NCBI GenBank assembly: GCA_963823665.1
Contig: CAWGMQ010000008.1
Coordinates: 1,280,001-1,344,000, forward strand
DNA: 64,000 nt
Direction of reading: 5' to 3'
Source of the DNA: an uncultured Planctomycetota bacterium
GTDB lineage: Bacteria > Planctomycetota > Planctomycetia > Isosphaerales > Isosphaeraceae
Below the pieces are notes generated by a model, which ran no database searches, was not told where the DNA came from, and was given only the letters and a program-made list of their open reading frames with translations. Both the position numbers and the translations under genes were made by a program. Positions 1-10,032 of this stretch are shown piece by piece; position 1 is the first letter of the stretch, and the number at the start of each line of letters is the position of its first letter.

Positions 1-225
1 TTCATGGCGATGATGCAGCAGGCGCAGAAGCAGATCGAGCCGTTGCTGCAAGAGGTTCGGGACGGCGGCAGTCCCGAGGAGATTCAGCCCAAGGTGGTCA
101 AGATCCGCGACGGACTCGAAGCCAAGCTGGCGGCTGGGCTCACCGACGCCCAGAAAAAGCACTGGAAGGAGATGCTGGGCAAGCCGGTGGACCTGGCTGA
201 CTTGTTCGATCTGCTTCCCCGGTAA
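1..225 (+). CDS. hypothetical helical protein, 3' end only (runs off window start)
   Basis: Open frame from the window edge to TAA at 225; GC3-rich codons; ends LTDAQKKHWKEMLGKPVDLADLFDL. Confidence 0.7.
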   Translation, partial: FMAMMQQAQKQIEPLLQEVRDGGSPEEIQPKVVKIRDGLEAKLAAGLTDAQKKHWKEMLGKPVDLADLFDLLPR

Positions 226-243
226 TGGAGTGGAGCACGGCTC

Positions 244-1062
244 ATGGACCGGCATGTCCTTTCTGGTTTTACTAACGTCGATCAAACGGCCGATCCGGAT
301 TACTTCATCCGTTTCCTGGACACCGCCAGTTCCCAGGAATCGTTCCAGAGCTACAAGCGACGCTCCTTTTCTCTGCTCGAGATCCAGTCCGGGCAGCACA
401 TTTTGGAGCTCGGCGGCGGCACCGGCGACGATGCCCGCGCACTCGCGGTCCTGGTCGGTCCCCAGGGCCGAGTCGACTGCGTCGACAACAGCCAGGCCAT
501 GGTCGATGAAGCCCGGAAACGTGTCGCTGGTTCGGGTTTACCCGTCTTTTTTCAAGTCGGCGACGCGCACCATTTGTCCTTCGCCGACAACACCTTTGAC
601 GCCAGCCGCTCCGATCGAACGTTCATGCACCTCGAAGACCCGTCGCAGGCGCTGCGGGAGATGGTCCGCGTTACCAGGCCCGGCGGCCTGGTTCTGGTCT
701 ACGAGGTCGATTTCGAGACGTTGGTCGTCGATGCCCCTGATCGGGTGCTGGCCCGAAAGATAATGAATACCGGGACCGATGGCTTCCGCAATGGCTGGCT
801 GGGACGCCACATCCCGGCGCTGTTTCAGGAAGCAGGTTTACTCGATGTACGCGCCCATCCCGAGACTTTGCGTCTCACGTATCCACTGATCTGTCAGGTA
901 GCCGGTCAGGCAACGGTCGAACGAGCGCGCGCCGCCCAGGTGATCTCGGCGGCCGAAGGTGAAACCTGGTTGCGCTTTCTTGACCGCGCCGATGAGGAGG
1001 GATGGCTTTTCAGCACAATCACGGGCTTTTTGGTCGTGGGACGAAAACCAGGGACGTCCTGA
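244..1062 (+). CDS. class I SAM-dependent methyltransferase (UbiE-like)
   Basis: Motif I LELGGGTGDD; GDAHHLSFADNTFD; ALREMVRVTRPGG; GGAG upstream. Confidence 0.9.
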   Translation: MDRHVLSGFTNVDQTADPDYFIRFLDTASSQESFQSYKRRSFSLLEIQSGQHILELGGGTGDDARALAVLVGPQGRVDCVDNSQAMVDEARKRVAGSGLPVFFQVGDAHHLSFADNTFDASRSDRTFMHLEDPSQALREMVRVTRPGGLVLVYEVDFETLVVDAPDRVLARKIMNTGTDGFRNGWLGRHIPALFQEAGLLDVRAHPETLRLTYPLICQVAGQATVERARAAQVISAAEGETWLRFLDRADEEGWLFSTITGFLVVGRKPGTS

Positions 1063-1129
1063 GGATAGTGCAGGAAGCGGATCGATCGCGGCGTCGCACT
1101 CTGATGACAAGTTCGGCGGCACTGAGGAA

Positions 1130-3541
1130 ATGAGTGTCATGTTTCAAATACGATCTGCGGCTCTAACCGTCGTGGCGCTCTTCGCACTCGCAGGAGCTGA
1201 CCGTGTCTGCGCACAAGAGCGCGTACGCGATGTTGTCTATGGGCGCAAATTCGGGATGGCCCTGACGATGGATGTCTGGAAGCCGGCGAAGCAGAACGGC
1301 AGCGGGGTGATCTTCATTGTCAGCGGCGGTTTCAAGTCCGGTATCGACTTGGTGGATTCTGGACCCTTCGTTTCCATCGTCGCCAGGCCGTTTTTGGACC
1401 GAGGGTATACCCTCTTCGCGGTTTGCCACGGCGCGCAGCCCAAGTTCACCGTGAGCGAAATCGTGCCGGACATTCATCGCGCGGTGCGCTTCATTCGGGT
1501 CCATGCCAAGGAATACGGCGTAAACCCCGATCGCCTCGGCATCATGGGAGGGAGCTCCGGCGGCTTCCTCGCTCTGTCGATCGGTACCTCCGGCAAGCCC
1601 GGCGACCAGGCGGCGAAAGACCTGGTCGATCGGGCTTCCAGCCGGGTTCAGGCGGTGGCGTGCTTCAACCCGGCGTGCGACCTGGTCAACTACGGTCAGG
1701 TCGGGCGCAGCATTGTCCAGTTCGATCCAGTCAAGCCTGGTGGGCAAGCGTTCGGCGTACAGGAGAAGCCGAAAGAGGAGCAGATCAAGGTGCTGCGGGA
1801 GTTGTCGCCCCTGGGGGCCGTTACCAAGGACACGCCTCCGACGCTCATCATCCACGGCGATTCTGATCTGGCGGTCCCTTACGAACAGTCCGAGCGGTTC
1901 ATCGCAAAACTGGCGGAGTATGAAGTTCTGCATCAACTGATTACTCGGAAGAACGCCGGGCATCGTTGGCCCGATATGGGCAAAGATTATCTGCTGCTGG
2001 CGGACTGGTTCGATAAACATCTCCAAAAGGCGTCGGCTCCCGAATCGGTGAAGGCGGATGAGGTGACCAGGTATCTGGCGTTTCAGATTTTCACCTATTA
2101 CAGTCCCGATCCGAAGGTCGCGAGTCAGTTGAGCAGCGGTTCCAGGGAAAAGCTCCTTCCCGGAACGACTGCGCTGCGCAACTACGTAGATGACATCAAA
2201 GGGCGGATTGGCACCGTGGGAGACAAGAAGACCCGGCTGGCCGTCATGCTGGGGCCGCTTTGCTTCGAGCAGACAGACGCCGAGGTCACGGAATTCGTTG
2301 CGCGCGCCTTCGATCTGGCTCTCGAAAGCGATGTTGCCGTCGGATTCCACATCGATGACTCCATATTCTGGCTGAGGCGCGAAGATTTGTGGAGCGATCC
2401 GAAGAACGTGGAGGCCCTGGATTGGGACGGCGCTCCATGCACGGGTCGACGCCTGGACTGGAGCCGAAATCCGACGGAAGCGCCGCCGCAGATGTGTTTC
2501 AACAGCAAGGTGATCGAGCGGGAGGTGCAAGAGCGTTCGACCCTGCTGGGCAAGGCGATCCAGGCGGGTGTGAAGCGGTTGCAAGAGCGAAACAGGCCGG
2601 AGCTGTTCGCGGGTGTGATAGCCGGATGGGAGACCATGCTCGGCCAGGATTTCAAGACGGGCAAGTATCTGGGCTATCGCGCGCTCCTCAATCGAGGCTT
2701 CAGTCGCGCGCATCCGCCTCAGGACATGAATCTCGAGAGGGAGAAAGTCGTCCAAGAGTTCATCGATCTTTGGACGAACGGACTCGCCCTGGCCGGTGTT
2801 TCCCCGCAACAAATCTATTCCCACACCGCATTCCTTTCGCGCCGCGCGTTCAATCTCGGCGACGACAAGGCCATCACGTATATGAAACGTGATAAGAACA
2901 GTGCATATTCACAGCACAATCATTTTGCGCCTCCGTCGGTGGCCTTCGGGACGCACCATCGTCCTGGTTTCTCGACCTATCCGCAGCCGGGCCTGTTCGA
3001 CGACATTTACGAAGAACTGGCCACGCACAAGCAGGTGGGCTGGGCATCGTGTGAGGGGACGAATATGCAACCCTCAAGCGGACCCGGGCAAACGGGCATG
3101 GGCATGGAAACGTATCTCGCGAAGATGTTCAACCATGGAGCGACGCTGGTGAACATCTTCGCCTGGGGCATCGGGGGAGACGCGATGAAGAACATGGACT
3201 TCCGCGTGGTCACCGAGGGGGACGAGGCCCTGCGGGCGTATCGCAAGTTTTTGAAGGGCGAGGCTCTGGTCGAAGCGCGCACGACGGCGAGCCTCATGGA
3301 GCGCCTGCCGCCCAAGATCCATAGGATCCAGAAGGAACTCCCTGCATGGATCCAGAAGGCCGATGCCGACAACAAGGAGAAGACCCGTGCGCTCATGCAA
3401 AAACTCGACGGACAGATGAAGGCCAAGAACTTCGAGGAAGTCGAGAAGACCGCGGATTCCATTCTGAAGCTCATGGGCGGAAGCGCCGGCCGAAGCGGTG
3501 CGCAAGAGGCGAAGTCCACCCATGATTCTATAACTCCTTGA
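1130..3541 (+). CDS. secreted alpha/beta hydrolase (BD-FAE/esterase-like) fused to a large uncharacterised C-terminal domain
   Basis: Signal peptide; GGSSGG nucleophile elbow; PPTLIIHGDSD and GH complete a Ser-Asp-His triad; about 490 extra residues follow; start moved to ATG 1130 (GAGGA upstream). Confidence 0.85.
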   Translation: MSVMFQIRSAALTVVALFALAGADRVCAQERVRDVVYGRKFGMALTMDVWKPAKQNGSGVIFIVSGGFKSGIDLVDSGPFVSIVARPFLDRGYTLFAVCHGAQPKFTVSEIVPDIHRAVRFIRVHAKEYGVNPDRLGIMGGSSGGFLALSIGTSGKPGDQAAKDLVDRASSRVQAVACFNPACDLVNYGQVGRSIVQFDPVKPGGQAFGVQEKPKEEQIKVLRELSPLGAVTKDTPPTLIIHGDSDLAVPYEQSERFIAKLAEYEVLHQLITRKNAGHRWPDMGKDYLLLADWFDKHLQKASAPESVKADEVTRYLAFQIFTYYSPDPKVASQLSSGSREKLLPGTTALRNYVDDIKGRIGTVGDKKTRLAVMLGPLCFEQTDAEVTEFVARAFDLALESDVAVGFHIDDSIFWLRREDLWSDPKNVEALDWDGAPCTGRRLDWSRNPTEAPPQMCFNSKVIEREVQERSTLLGKAIQAGVKRLQERNRPELFAGVIAGWETMLGQDFKTGKYLGYRALLNRGFSRAHPPQDMNLEREKVVQEFIDLWTNGLALAGVSPQQIYSHTAFLSRRAFNLGDDKAITYMKRDKNSAYSQHNHFAPPSVAFGTHHRPGFSTYPQPGLFDDIYEELATHKQVGWASCEGTNMQPSSGPGQTGMGMETYLAKMFNHGATLVNIFAWGIGGDAMKNMDFRVVTEGDEALRAYRKFLKGEALVEARTTASLMERLPPKIHRIQKELPAWIQKADADNKEKTRALMQKLDGQMKAKNFEEVEKTADSILKLMGGSAGRSGAQEAKSTHDSITP

Positions 3542-3617
3542 ACAGAAGCTCACGGAGGCAACGAAGAAGAAGATGTTGGGCAGGCCGATGAACCTGGCGG
3601 GCTTGTTCGATTTGTAG
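3534..3617 (+). pseudogene. degenerate copy of the 3' end of the gene at 1-225
   Basis: Translates LLEQKLTEATKKKMLGRPMNLAGLFDL*, compared with LTDAQKKHWKEMLGKPVDLADLFDL; clear DNA similarity to about 165-213. Confidence 0.7.
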
Positions 3618-3644
3618 TCGCGGCGGCGCAAAAAATTGGAATGA

Positions 3645-4172
3645 TCAACCCTCGATTGTCTGCTCGCCTGCCTCGCGATCCATCTCTCGCTCGACTTCGT
3701 CGATCTCGGCGCGGGCCCAGGCGCTTTTCTGGCGAAAAACCGCCTGCAACGCTCTTGATCGTCGCTCGGGCACGAAGCCTGGCCAATCGGGAAAAAGTCG
3801 CAATGCTTCGTCCCAGTACTCTCGCATGTTCTCGTCCGGTTCTCCGAGGATCAACGTCGTCCGGAAGTAGAATACGAAGCGAATCACTTCCCAGCCCGGA
3901 ACCAACCTCAAGGCTGCGAAGTCGGGAAATTCGTCCGACCAGATGAGGGCATCGGACATCATCTCGTAGTTGCACGTTGCTCGTGGATCGTGAGCCATTT
4001 CTCGCATCAATGGGGCGATGCCAGAGAGTGCCGTTGCAGCAATTGGGATCAAGGTCGCCTCTTCAGGCACGACAACGGGATATAAGCGGGAAAAAAGGCT
4101 GCCATCCGGCAGGCTACCGGAATCTTCAGCTTGCGGCCAGAGTAAGGACTTGTGCTTGCGAATCAATGACAA
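3645..4172 (-). CDS. hypothetical protein
   Basis: 175-aa ORF with globular composition, somewhat lower GC. Confidence 0.6.
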   Translation of the reverse strand: MSLIRKHKSLLWPQAEDSGSLPDGSLFSRLYPVVVPEEATLIPIAATALSGIAPLMREMAHDPRATCNYEMMSDALIWSDEFPDFAALRLVPGWEVIRFVFYFRTTLILGEPDENMREYWDEALRLFPDWPGFVPERRSRALQAVFRQKSAWARAEIDEVEREMDREAGEQTIEG

Positions 4173-4235
4173 GTGTAGTACGATTTCGATTGAATTGTCT
4201 GTGTTCCGGTCGATTGATCGTCCCTGGAGTCTTCG

Positions 4236-5063
4236 ATGTTCGGCGCTCGGTCAATGGTGTTTCCTATCGCACTTGCGGCGATCGGCCAGGCGGCACTGCG
4301 GCCGACTTCGAAGGAGCTGTTTGATTCGCTTGTGAAAGAGTACACGTTGGCGGAGGGTAAGTGGACCGAGCGGTACCGTTCCGATGACACGCCGGCCGCA
4401 AGAGAGGAATCATTAGTCAGATATCGCGATTGGCCAGCATGGGCTTTCATGCCGCGCTTCATGGAACTTGCCGACAAGAACCCGAAGGATGCGGCCGCGA
4501 TCGACGCGCTGCTGTGGATTGTCGATCAAGGGCAGGCGATCGGATTGAACGATAAGGAGTACTATCCGTTCCTGGAGCGAGCTCTCGAACAACTCGGGCG
4601 CGCCCAATTGCTGGATAACCGGCCGGTTCCGAGACCGCGTTGGGTGATGCACCATCCGTCACCGGCGACCGAGCGTTTTCTGCGGAATATCGTGGCAACG
4701 AACAAGAATCGCGAGATCCGCGGTCGTGCCTGTCTCTACCTGGGCGAGCTGCTCGTCAGCAGAGCTAATCTCGCGCGTAATCCGTGGTTCGACCTGGAAA
4801 CGAAGACACCTTTTCAGACGTACCTGGCGCTCAGGATTCATCCCACGGTGCTTCAATACATCCGAGAAACGGATCAACAGGCGGCGGCGGTCGAGGGTGA
4901 GCTGATGCTTGGCAGGGCGATGGGCGAGTTCGGCGACGTCGAGTGGGATGGCGCCAAGGTCAAGGGTGGTGGGCAGGCACGTGCACGCACAGTCGGAGAA
5001 ATGGCTCGACGCGAGCTCGATGAGATTCGCCGTGCGGCCGCCGGGAAACAAAGCGATCCTTGA
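4236..5063 (+). CDS. exported helical protein resembling the N-terminal domain of planctomycete TlpA-like redoxins (no thioredoxin domain)
   Basis: Motifs LADKNPKDAAAIDALLWIV, ERFLRNI..NREIRGRACLYLG, TVGEMARRELDEIR; stops where a thioredoxin domain would normally start. Confidence 0.65.
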   Translation: MFGARSMVFPIALAAIGQAALRPTSKELFDSLVKEYTLAEGKWTERYRSDDTPAAREESLVRYRDWPAWAFMPRFMELADKNPKDAAAIDALLWIVDQGQAIGLNDKEYYPFLERALEQLGRAQLLDNRPVPRPRWVMHHPSPATERFLRNIVATNKNREIRGRACLYLGELLVSRANLARNPWFDLETKTPFQTYLALRIHPTVLQYIRETDQQAAAVEGELMLGRAMGEFGDVEWDGAKVKGGGQARARTVGEMARRELDEIRRAAAGKQSDP

Positions 5064-5238
5064 CGCTTCGATTGATCGGGTCTTCGAGGCGTGGAGAGTC
5101 GGTGCGAGCTTTTCATTCGGCGAGCTACTTGATTGGTTTCGTGGGCGGGATCGTCGTGATTGTCAAGGTGTGGCGATCGCGCGGCGGCCTGGGGCGCAGT
5201 TTGATCTCGCCTGAGTGTACGTGGAGGCAGGCGCCGTG

Positions 5239-5661
5239 ATGCATGAAGCACAGTCGAACGATGCGCGTGGAGCGCGGCATGCGATCGAGGTGATGGCCGG
5301 GAAGCGTGGCGTGCTGGACAGAGCGCTGGCGACGTCAGCTTATCTTTATGCCGGCCTTGCGGCGGCACATTGGGCGAGTGTTGCCAAGCTTTTGAATTAT
5401 CCTTTCGACGACGGCTGGTGCGGCAATGTGATTTCTGATCCGCTGGGGATTCTGATGAACGATGTCGCGCCGATTGTCGCGGCGTGCGTGGGCGCTTTGG
5501 TCTGGAACCGCATTCGTGAGCGCCGGCGGCCGCTGCTTCCCGTCATGATCTTGCCCTTGTTCCTCGGAACAACAATCACTCTGGTTTTAGAAGCATACTG
5601 GCTGCGCGATTACGTGAATCTGCCGCTGAATTCGGTGTGGTGGCTTCCGAGGATGCTTTAG
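5239..5661 (+). CDS. hypothetical membrane protein
   Basis: Three hydrophobic segments; directly upstream of the LRR gene. Confidence 0.55.
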   Translation: MHEAQSNDARGARHAIEVMAGKRGVLDRALATSAYLYAGLAAAHWASVAKLLNYPFDDGWCGNVISDPLGILMNDVAPIVAACVGALVWNRIRERRRPLLPVMILPLFLGTTITLVLEAYWLRDYVNLPLNSVWWLPRML

Positions 5662-5662
5662 C

Positions 5663-6931
5663 TTGGTGATCGATGTGAATGCGACATCTTCAGAGCCTGG
5701 CGCGTCGCCGGACCAGCCGGCTCGCAATCCTGCCAGACGGTCGCTCCGGCGCCTCCGATTCAGCGTGCGCTCGCTCATGCTGACGGTCTTGCTTCTGGGT
5801 GGAAGCGCCGGGTGGGTTGTGCACAGGGCGCGTGTCCAGCGCGAGGCGGTGAGCGCCATCGAGCGCGCCGGTGGGAAAGTCGAGTACGACGAGGTATTCA
5901 CGAGTGAGGGACTCCGGGACAATCCCAGGCCGTTCTGGCCGCGGTGGATTGTCGAACGTCTCGGCCGTGAGTATTTCGAGACGGTTACTTCGGTGACCGC
6001 GGTCCGCGGGGTGGGCGACGCCGAGATGGCGCAGATTGGGCGTCTCGAGCATCTGTTGCAACTGAACCTGTGCACAGACCGCGTGACGGACGCCGGGCTC
6101 GTGCATCTTCGCGGGCTTGAACGTCTGAAATGCCTCATGCTTCAGACCGCCAGCGTCAGCGGGGCCGCCCTGGCAAACGTGGAGCGGCTTTCAGAACTCG
6201 AATTCCTTTATTTGATGGGGATGCCGGTCGCTGATTCAGACCTGGCTCACATCGCGGGGCTAACACGTTTGAAGAAGCTCTGGCTCCGAGGCCCCCAACT
6301 CACCGATGCCGGCCTGGCACACCTCGATGGCCTGCACAATCTCCGCGCGCTGCACATGGAGAAAATGCCGGTCACAACTGAAGGCTTGAGTCACTTGCGG
6401 GGAATGGTCCGGCTCGAGAGCCTGGCAATCCACGGCTCCCGCGTGACGAGTCTCGAGCCGCTGCGTCATCTGACGACGCTTACAAGTCTCAGCTTGTGCC
6501 AGTCGCCGGTCACCGATGAAGGCTTGGCCCCGGTTGAGGGCTTCCGGAACCTGACTGGGCTCTGGCTGAACGGCACTCGAGTGGGAGACAGCGGCCTGGC
6601 ACACATAGGCGGCTTGTCGCGGCTGGGCGTGTTGAACGTTCGGGATACGCAGGTCGGAGACGCTGGCCTCGCTCATGTCGCGGGGCTGACTCGGATCCAC
6701 AGCCTTTATCTTTTGAACACGGGCGTCACGGACGCCGGTCTCCGACACCTGAGCGGTCTTGGCGGGTTGAGCGAATTCTATCTCGACGGAACGAAAGTGA
6801 CCGACGACGGGATGAAACAACTCGCGGGGCTTCCGTCGCTGAAATGGTTGCACGTCAAGCGAACGGGGGTCTCGGCGGCGGGTGCCGGCGCGCTGTCAAA
6901 GGCGCTTGCGAGACTCCGAGTGGTCCGCTGA
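5663..6931 (+). CDS. membrane-anchored leucine-rich repeat protein (planctomycete type)
   Basis: RLRFSVRSLM plus TM helix, then about a dozen LxxLxL..VTDAGLxHL repeats. Confidence 0.92.
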   Translation: MVIDVNATSSEPGASPDQPARNPARRSLRRLRFSVRSLMLTVLLLGGSAGWVVHRARVQREAVSAIERAGGKVEYDEVFTSEGLRDNPRPFWPRWIVERLGREYFETVTSVTAVRGVGDAEMAQIGRLEHLLQLNLCTDRVTDAGLVHLRGLERLKCLMLQTASVSGAALANVERLSELEFLYLMGMPVADSDLAHIAGLTRLKKLWLRGPQLTDAGLAHLDGLHNLRALHMEKMPVTTEGLSHLRGMVRLESLAIHGSRVTSLEPLRHLTTLTSLSLCQSPVTDEGLAPVEGFRNLTGLWLNGTRVGDSGLAHIGGLSRLGVLNVRDTQVGDAGLAHVAGLTRIHSLYLLNTGVTDAGLRHLSGLGGLSEFYLDGTKVTDDGMKQLAGLPSLKWLHVKRTGVSAAGAGALSKALARLRVVR

Positions 6932-7168
6932 TGGCACTCAAATCGGAATGTCACCGCGCAGGCTGATTTCTTTTGAATCGCTTGTCTCCATCCTGTCTTG
7001 ACTCGCGTTACTGGATGTAGAAGGCGGACGGTTTGCGGTACGATCAGGCGTCGACGGCTTCATTGGCGGCGGCACGGTGGAAGTTGCCGAGAACGTCCAA
7101 GGTCAGGCGCTGGAAGCACTTTCGCCGGCAGTCGAATGCAACCTCATTTCAGGAAGGCAGCGTTTCCC

Positions 7169-7858
7169 ATGCGGTCAGAGCTTTTCATTCCGAGCCGGCG
7201 CGTCTTTCTGGGAGCGTTTGGCACGGCGTTGTTCACCACACCCGGCCTGTTCGCCGATCAGCTTGCGCGGACGCCGGAGCGTGAAGAAGGGCCGTTTTAT
7301 CCGGACAAGCTGCCGCTCGACACGGACAACGACCTGATCATCATCAACGACGCCATCACCCCGGCCGTGGGCGAGATCACGCATCTGACGGGCAAGGTGC
7401 TCGACTCTTCCGGCAGCCCGGTGCGGAATGCTCTGGTCGAGATCTGGCAGTGCGACGCGAAAGAGGTCTATCACCACACAGGAGACAACGCGGCTAAACT
7501 GGACAAGAACTTTCAGGGGTATGGCCGCTTCACCACGGGGTCGACCGGCGAGTATCGCTTTCGCACCATCAAGCCCGTTCCTTACCCAGGGCGGCCTGCC
7601 CCGCACATTCACTTCAAGGTGAAGAAGGGAGAACGCGAGCTGCTGACCACTCAGTTGAACATCGCGGGGCACCCGGGCAACAAAGTGGACGGGGTCGCCA
7701 GCGGGGGCCTCGGAGTCTTCGACCGAGAGCTGCTTCAAGTCGACTTCAAGCCGATCAAGGGGTCGAAGATCGGCGAGCTGGCCGCCCACTTCGTGATCGT
7801 CCTGGGGATCACTCCGGATGAGCGGGTCTTCGCGCCCAAGGCAAACTCGTCCCGCTGA
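7169..7858 (+). CDS. intradiol ring-cleavage dioxygenase family (protocatechuate 3,4-dioxygenase-like)
   Basis: EGPFYP, VEIWQCD..Y, YRFRTIKPVPYPGR, PHIHFKV; Tat-like SRRVFLG N-terminus. Confidence 0.9.
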   Translation: MRSELFIPSRRVFLGAFGTALFTTPGLFADQLARTPEREEGPFYPDKLPLDTDNDLIIINDAITPAVGEITHLTGKVLDSSGSPVRNALVEIWQCDAKEVYHHTGDNAAKLDKNFQGYGRFTTGSTGEYRFRTIKPVPYPGRPAPHIHFKVKKGERELLTTQLNIAGHPGNKVDGVASGGLGVFDRELLQVDFKPIKGSKIGELAAHFVIVLGITPDERVFAPKANSSR

Positions 7859-7913
7859 ATGAATTCCGGTCATACGCAAATTCGACGAGAGCACAACGGA
7901 ATCGAGGACAACG

Positions 7914-8612
7914 ATGAAGACACTGAGCGGGATGTTTGGGGCTATTGCGCTATTGATCGCGGCCTCGCTCGCGACCGCGCAAGGGCCGGGCAGAGGCGAA
8001 TCGCGCGACAGGCAAAATCCTGGCGATGCGGACGACCTTGTGACCCGGATGATGGCATTCGACAAGAACAAGGACGGCAAGCTGACCATGGCCGAAGTGA
8101 CCGACGAGCGGCTGCATCGGCTGGTCGAACGGGCCGACGCCGATAAAGACGGGTTCGTTACCAAGGAGGAGCTGAGCGCCTTGGCCACGAGGGAGCAAAT
8201 CAGCAACCGTGGCGGAGGACCGGGCGGATTTGACCCGCTTCGTGCCGGACCCGCCGGGCCCGGGGGACCTCGAATGATGGGCGGCATGCCTCGCCCGGGC
8301 GAGATCTTGCCGGGCATGTTGCGGCAGCGACTCAACCTGACCGCCGCGCAGGAGAAGCAAGTCGCCGAGCTTCAGAAGGAAGTGGACGCCAGGCTCGAGA
8401 AGATCCTGACGGCCGAGCAGCGGGATCAGCTCAAGGCCATGCGCGATCGCGGCCCTGGCGGGTTTGGATTCGGACCGCCGCCGGGTGGCGGCCCGGGCGG
8501 TCGCCAGCGCGGCGGAGCCGGTGGACCACCCGGCGGGGGTCGTCCTCCGGGGGGTGGCGGACCTCCCGGCGGCGGCGATGGACCACCACCACCGCCGGAT
8601 CAGTCGCTGTAA
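7914..8612 (+). CDS. secreted EF-hand protein with Gly/Pro-rich tail
   Basis: Signal peptide; EF loops DKNKDGKLTMAE and DADKDGFVTKEE; LTAAQ/LTAEQ motifs. Confidence 0.88.
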   Translation: MKTLSGMFGAIALLIAASLATAQGPGRGESRDRQNPGDADDLVTRMMAFDKNKDGKLTMAEVTDERLHRLVERADADKDGFVTKEELSALATREQISNRGGGPGGFDPLRAGPAGPGGPRMMGGMPRPGEILPGMLRQRLNLTAAQEKQVAELQKEVDARLEKILTAEQRDQLKAMRDRGPGGFGFGPPPGGGPGGRQRGGAGGPPGGGRPPGGGGPPGGGDGPPPPPDQSL

Positions 8613-8689
8613 CCAAGAGCGGGTCCTGCCAGGCGAGGAATCCCATGTGGACGGAATCAGGTCGAGCAAAGCCCGCCGCCTTCCATCGA

Positions 8690-9161
8690 GTCCGGCAAGG
8701 TTCGGAAAGCCTCCGTTGAGGTCGTCCTGACAGCCCTCGCAGAAAGAAACGCCGAGGCGTTGGATCTGGCGCTTGTCCTGACGGCGGAACTGAGGCTCGA
8801 TCGGGCGAAGCCATTCCTCGCGGGGATCTTCGCCGACGAGAAGACTGAAATCGAGTCCCGGCTCCGTGCGGCGGTCGCGCTGGCATCGATGGGGTATCGC
8901 CGGGGCGGCGACCTGATGCGCAAGATCGCCCTGGAGAAATCCGGCGCGGGTTATTACGCGATCGAGCACCTCCCTTCTGTGATCGGGGACGAGGCGGCCC
9001 CCGTGCTCTGCGACGTCGTGCGTCGATACGGTGACGACAATGCTCTTGCCCCTTGGCAGGCCATGCACTTGGTCTCCGGCAAGGCGGCTGTGCCGCCACT
9101 GCTGGGGCAATTGCGCTCGGGAAAATCGGTCCCGCGGCCGAGGCAGCGCTCCCTGTGCTGA
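8690..9161 (+). pseudogene. HEAT-repeat protein fragment
   Basis: HEAT-like helices (VRKASVEVVLTALAE, RLRAAVALASMG, AAVPPLLGQL); no good start; breaks into unrelated lower-GC sequence at about 9160. Confidence 0.5.
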
Positions 9162-9198
9162 TCCGCCTCGCGGAGAAGGAGTTTTCAAGGAAATAAAG

Positions 9199-10032
9199 GT
9201 GCAAATTGGCCAGTCCCGGCCCGACCAATCCAACGCGACAATCCTCGACTGGATCGTCCGGCTCGGATTGGCCCGCGCCGTAGAGACTGACGGTGAGCTG
9301 TTCTATCTCTTGGAGATCGGCGCCAGTTCCGAATCAGAGATTGAGCCAGCCGAACTATTGATGGCATATCGCCCTGATGGTGTGATCTGCTACCTCAGTG
9401 CAATCAGCTTACATTCACTGACCACGCAGATGCCAAGCCATCACCATATCGCGGTTGTCAGAAACCCCGTTCCATCGCCCCAAGAACGAAACCGCGGTTC
9501 TTCCCTTTCCGCAACGAATCAACTGCATCTTCAGCCGCCCAGGGTTCCCGCGGCGGTGAGAGCCAAGCGGAGCGTATTCGGTAGAAAGATATTCTCCTAC
9601 TCCGGAACTCCATACTACCAAACAGAACGAACGCCACGGTTGATGCCGGGCGTGCAACGCAGAGTTAACGGCCCCCGCGGACAACTTCGGATAACCACTC
9701 TCGAACAGACGCTACTCGACACGTTTCATAAGCCACAAAACTGCGGTGGTCCGGCGGTTGTATTAGAAGCCTGGCAATCGGCCTTCGATTCAAAGCGGAT
9801 TGATGAAAATCGCTTGCTATCGCACCTCAAAAAAATGGAATACAAATCAACCACTCGCAGACTAGGGGCACTTCTCCATCAATTTCAATACGAGCCCGGC
9901 GAAGAACTTCACCACTATCTCACAAAAATCAAAGCAACCGTGGACAGAACAAGTAGTCACTCGGAAATCTCGCTGCTCCCAGGGTTCCAGTACTCACGTC
10001 TCGACGAAGACTGGCTCGTCCACTTGCCATGA
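9199..10032 (+). CDS. AbiEi-family (type IV toxin-antitoxin) antitoxin / transcriptional regulator, probably 5'-truncated
   Basis: GVICYLSAISLHSLTTQMP and ITTLEQTLLDTFHKPQNCGG match AbiEi-type motifs; lower GC than flanks. Confidence 0.75.
   Translation: MQIGQSRPDQSNATILDWIVRLGLARAVETDGELFYLLEIGASSESEIEPAELLMAYRPDGVICYLSAISLHSLTTQMPSHHHIAVVRNPVPSPQERNRGSSLSATNQLHLQPPRVPAAVRAKRSVFGRKIFSYSGTPYYQTERTPRLMPGVQRRVNGPRGQLRITTLEQTLLDTFHKPQNCGGPAVVLEAWQSAFDSKRIDENRLLSHLKKMEYKSTTRRLGALLHQFQYEPGEELHHYLTKIKATVDRTSSHSEISLLPGFQYSRLDEDWLVHLP

Noticed and set aside
1163..2824. Long antisense ORFs (also 7175-8335, 7950-9233, 29832-30884, 38418-39794, 40169-41431)
   Set aside because: Shadow ORFs opposite well-supported genes, expected in high-GC DNA
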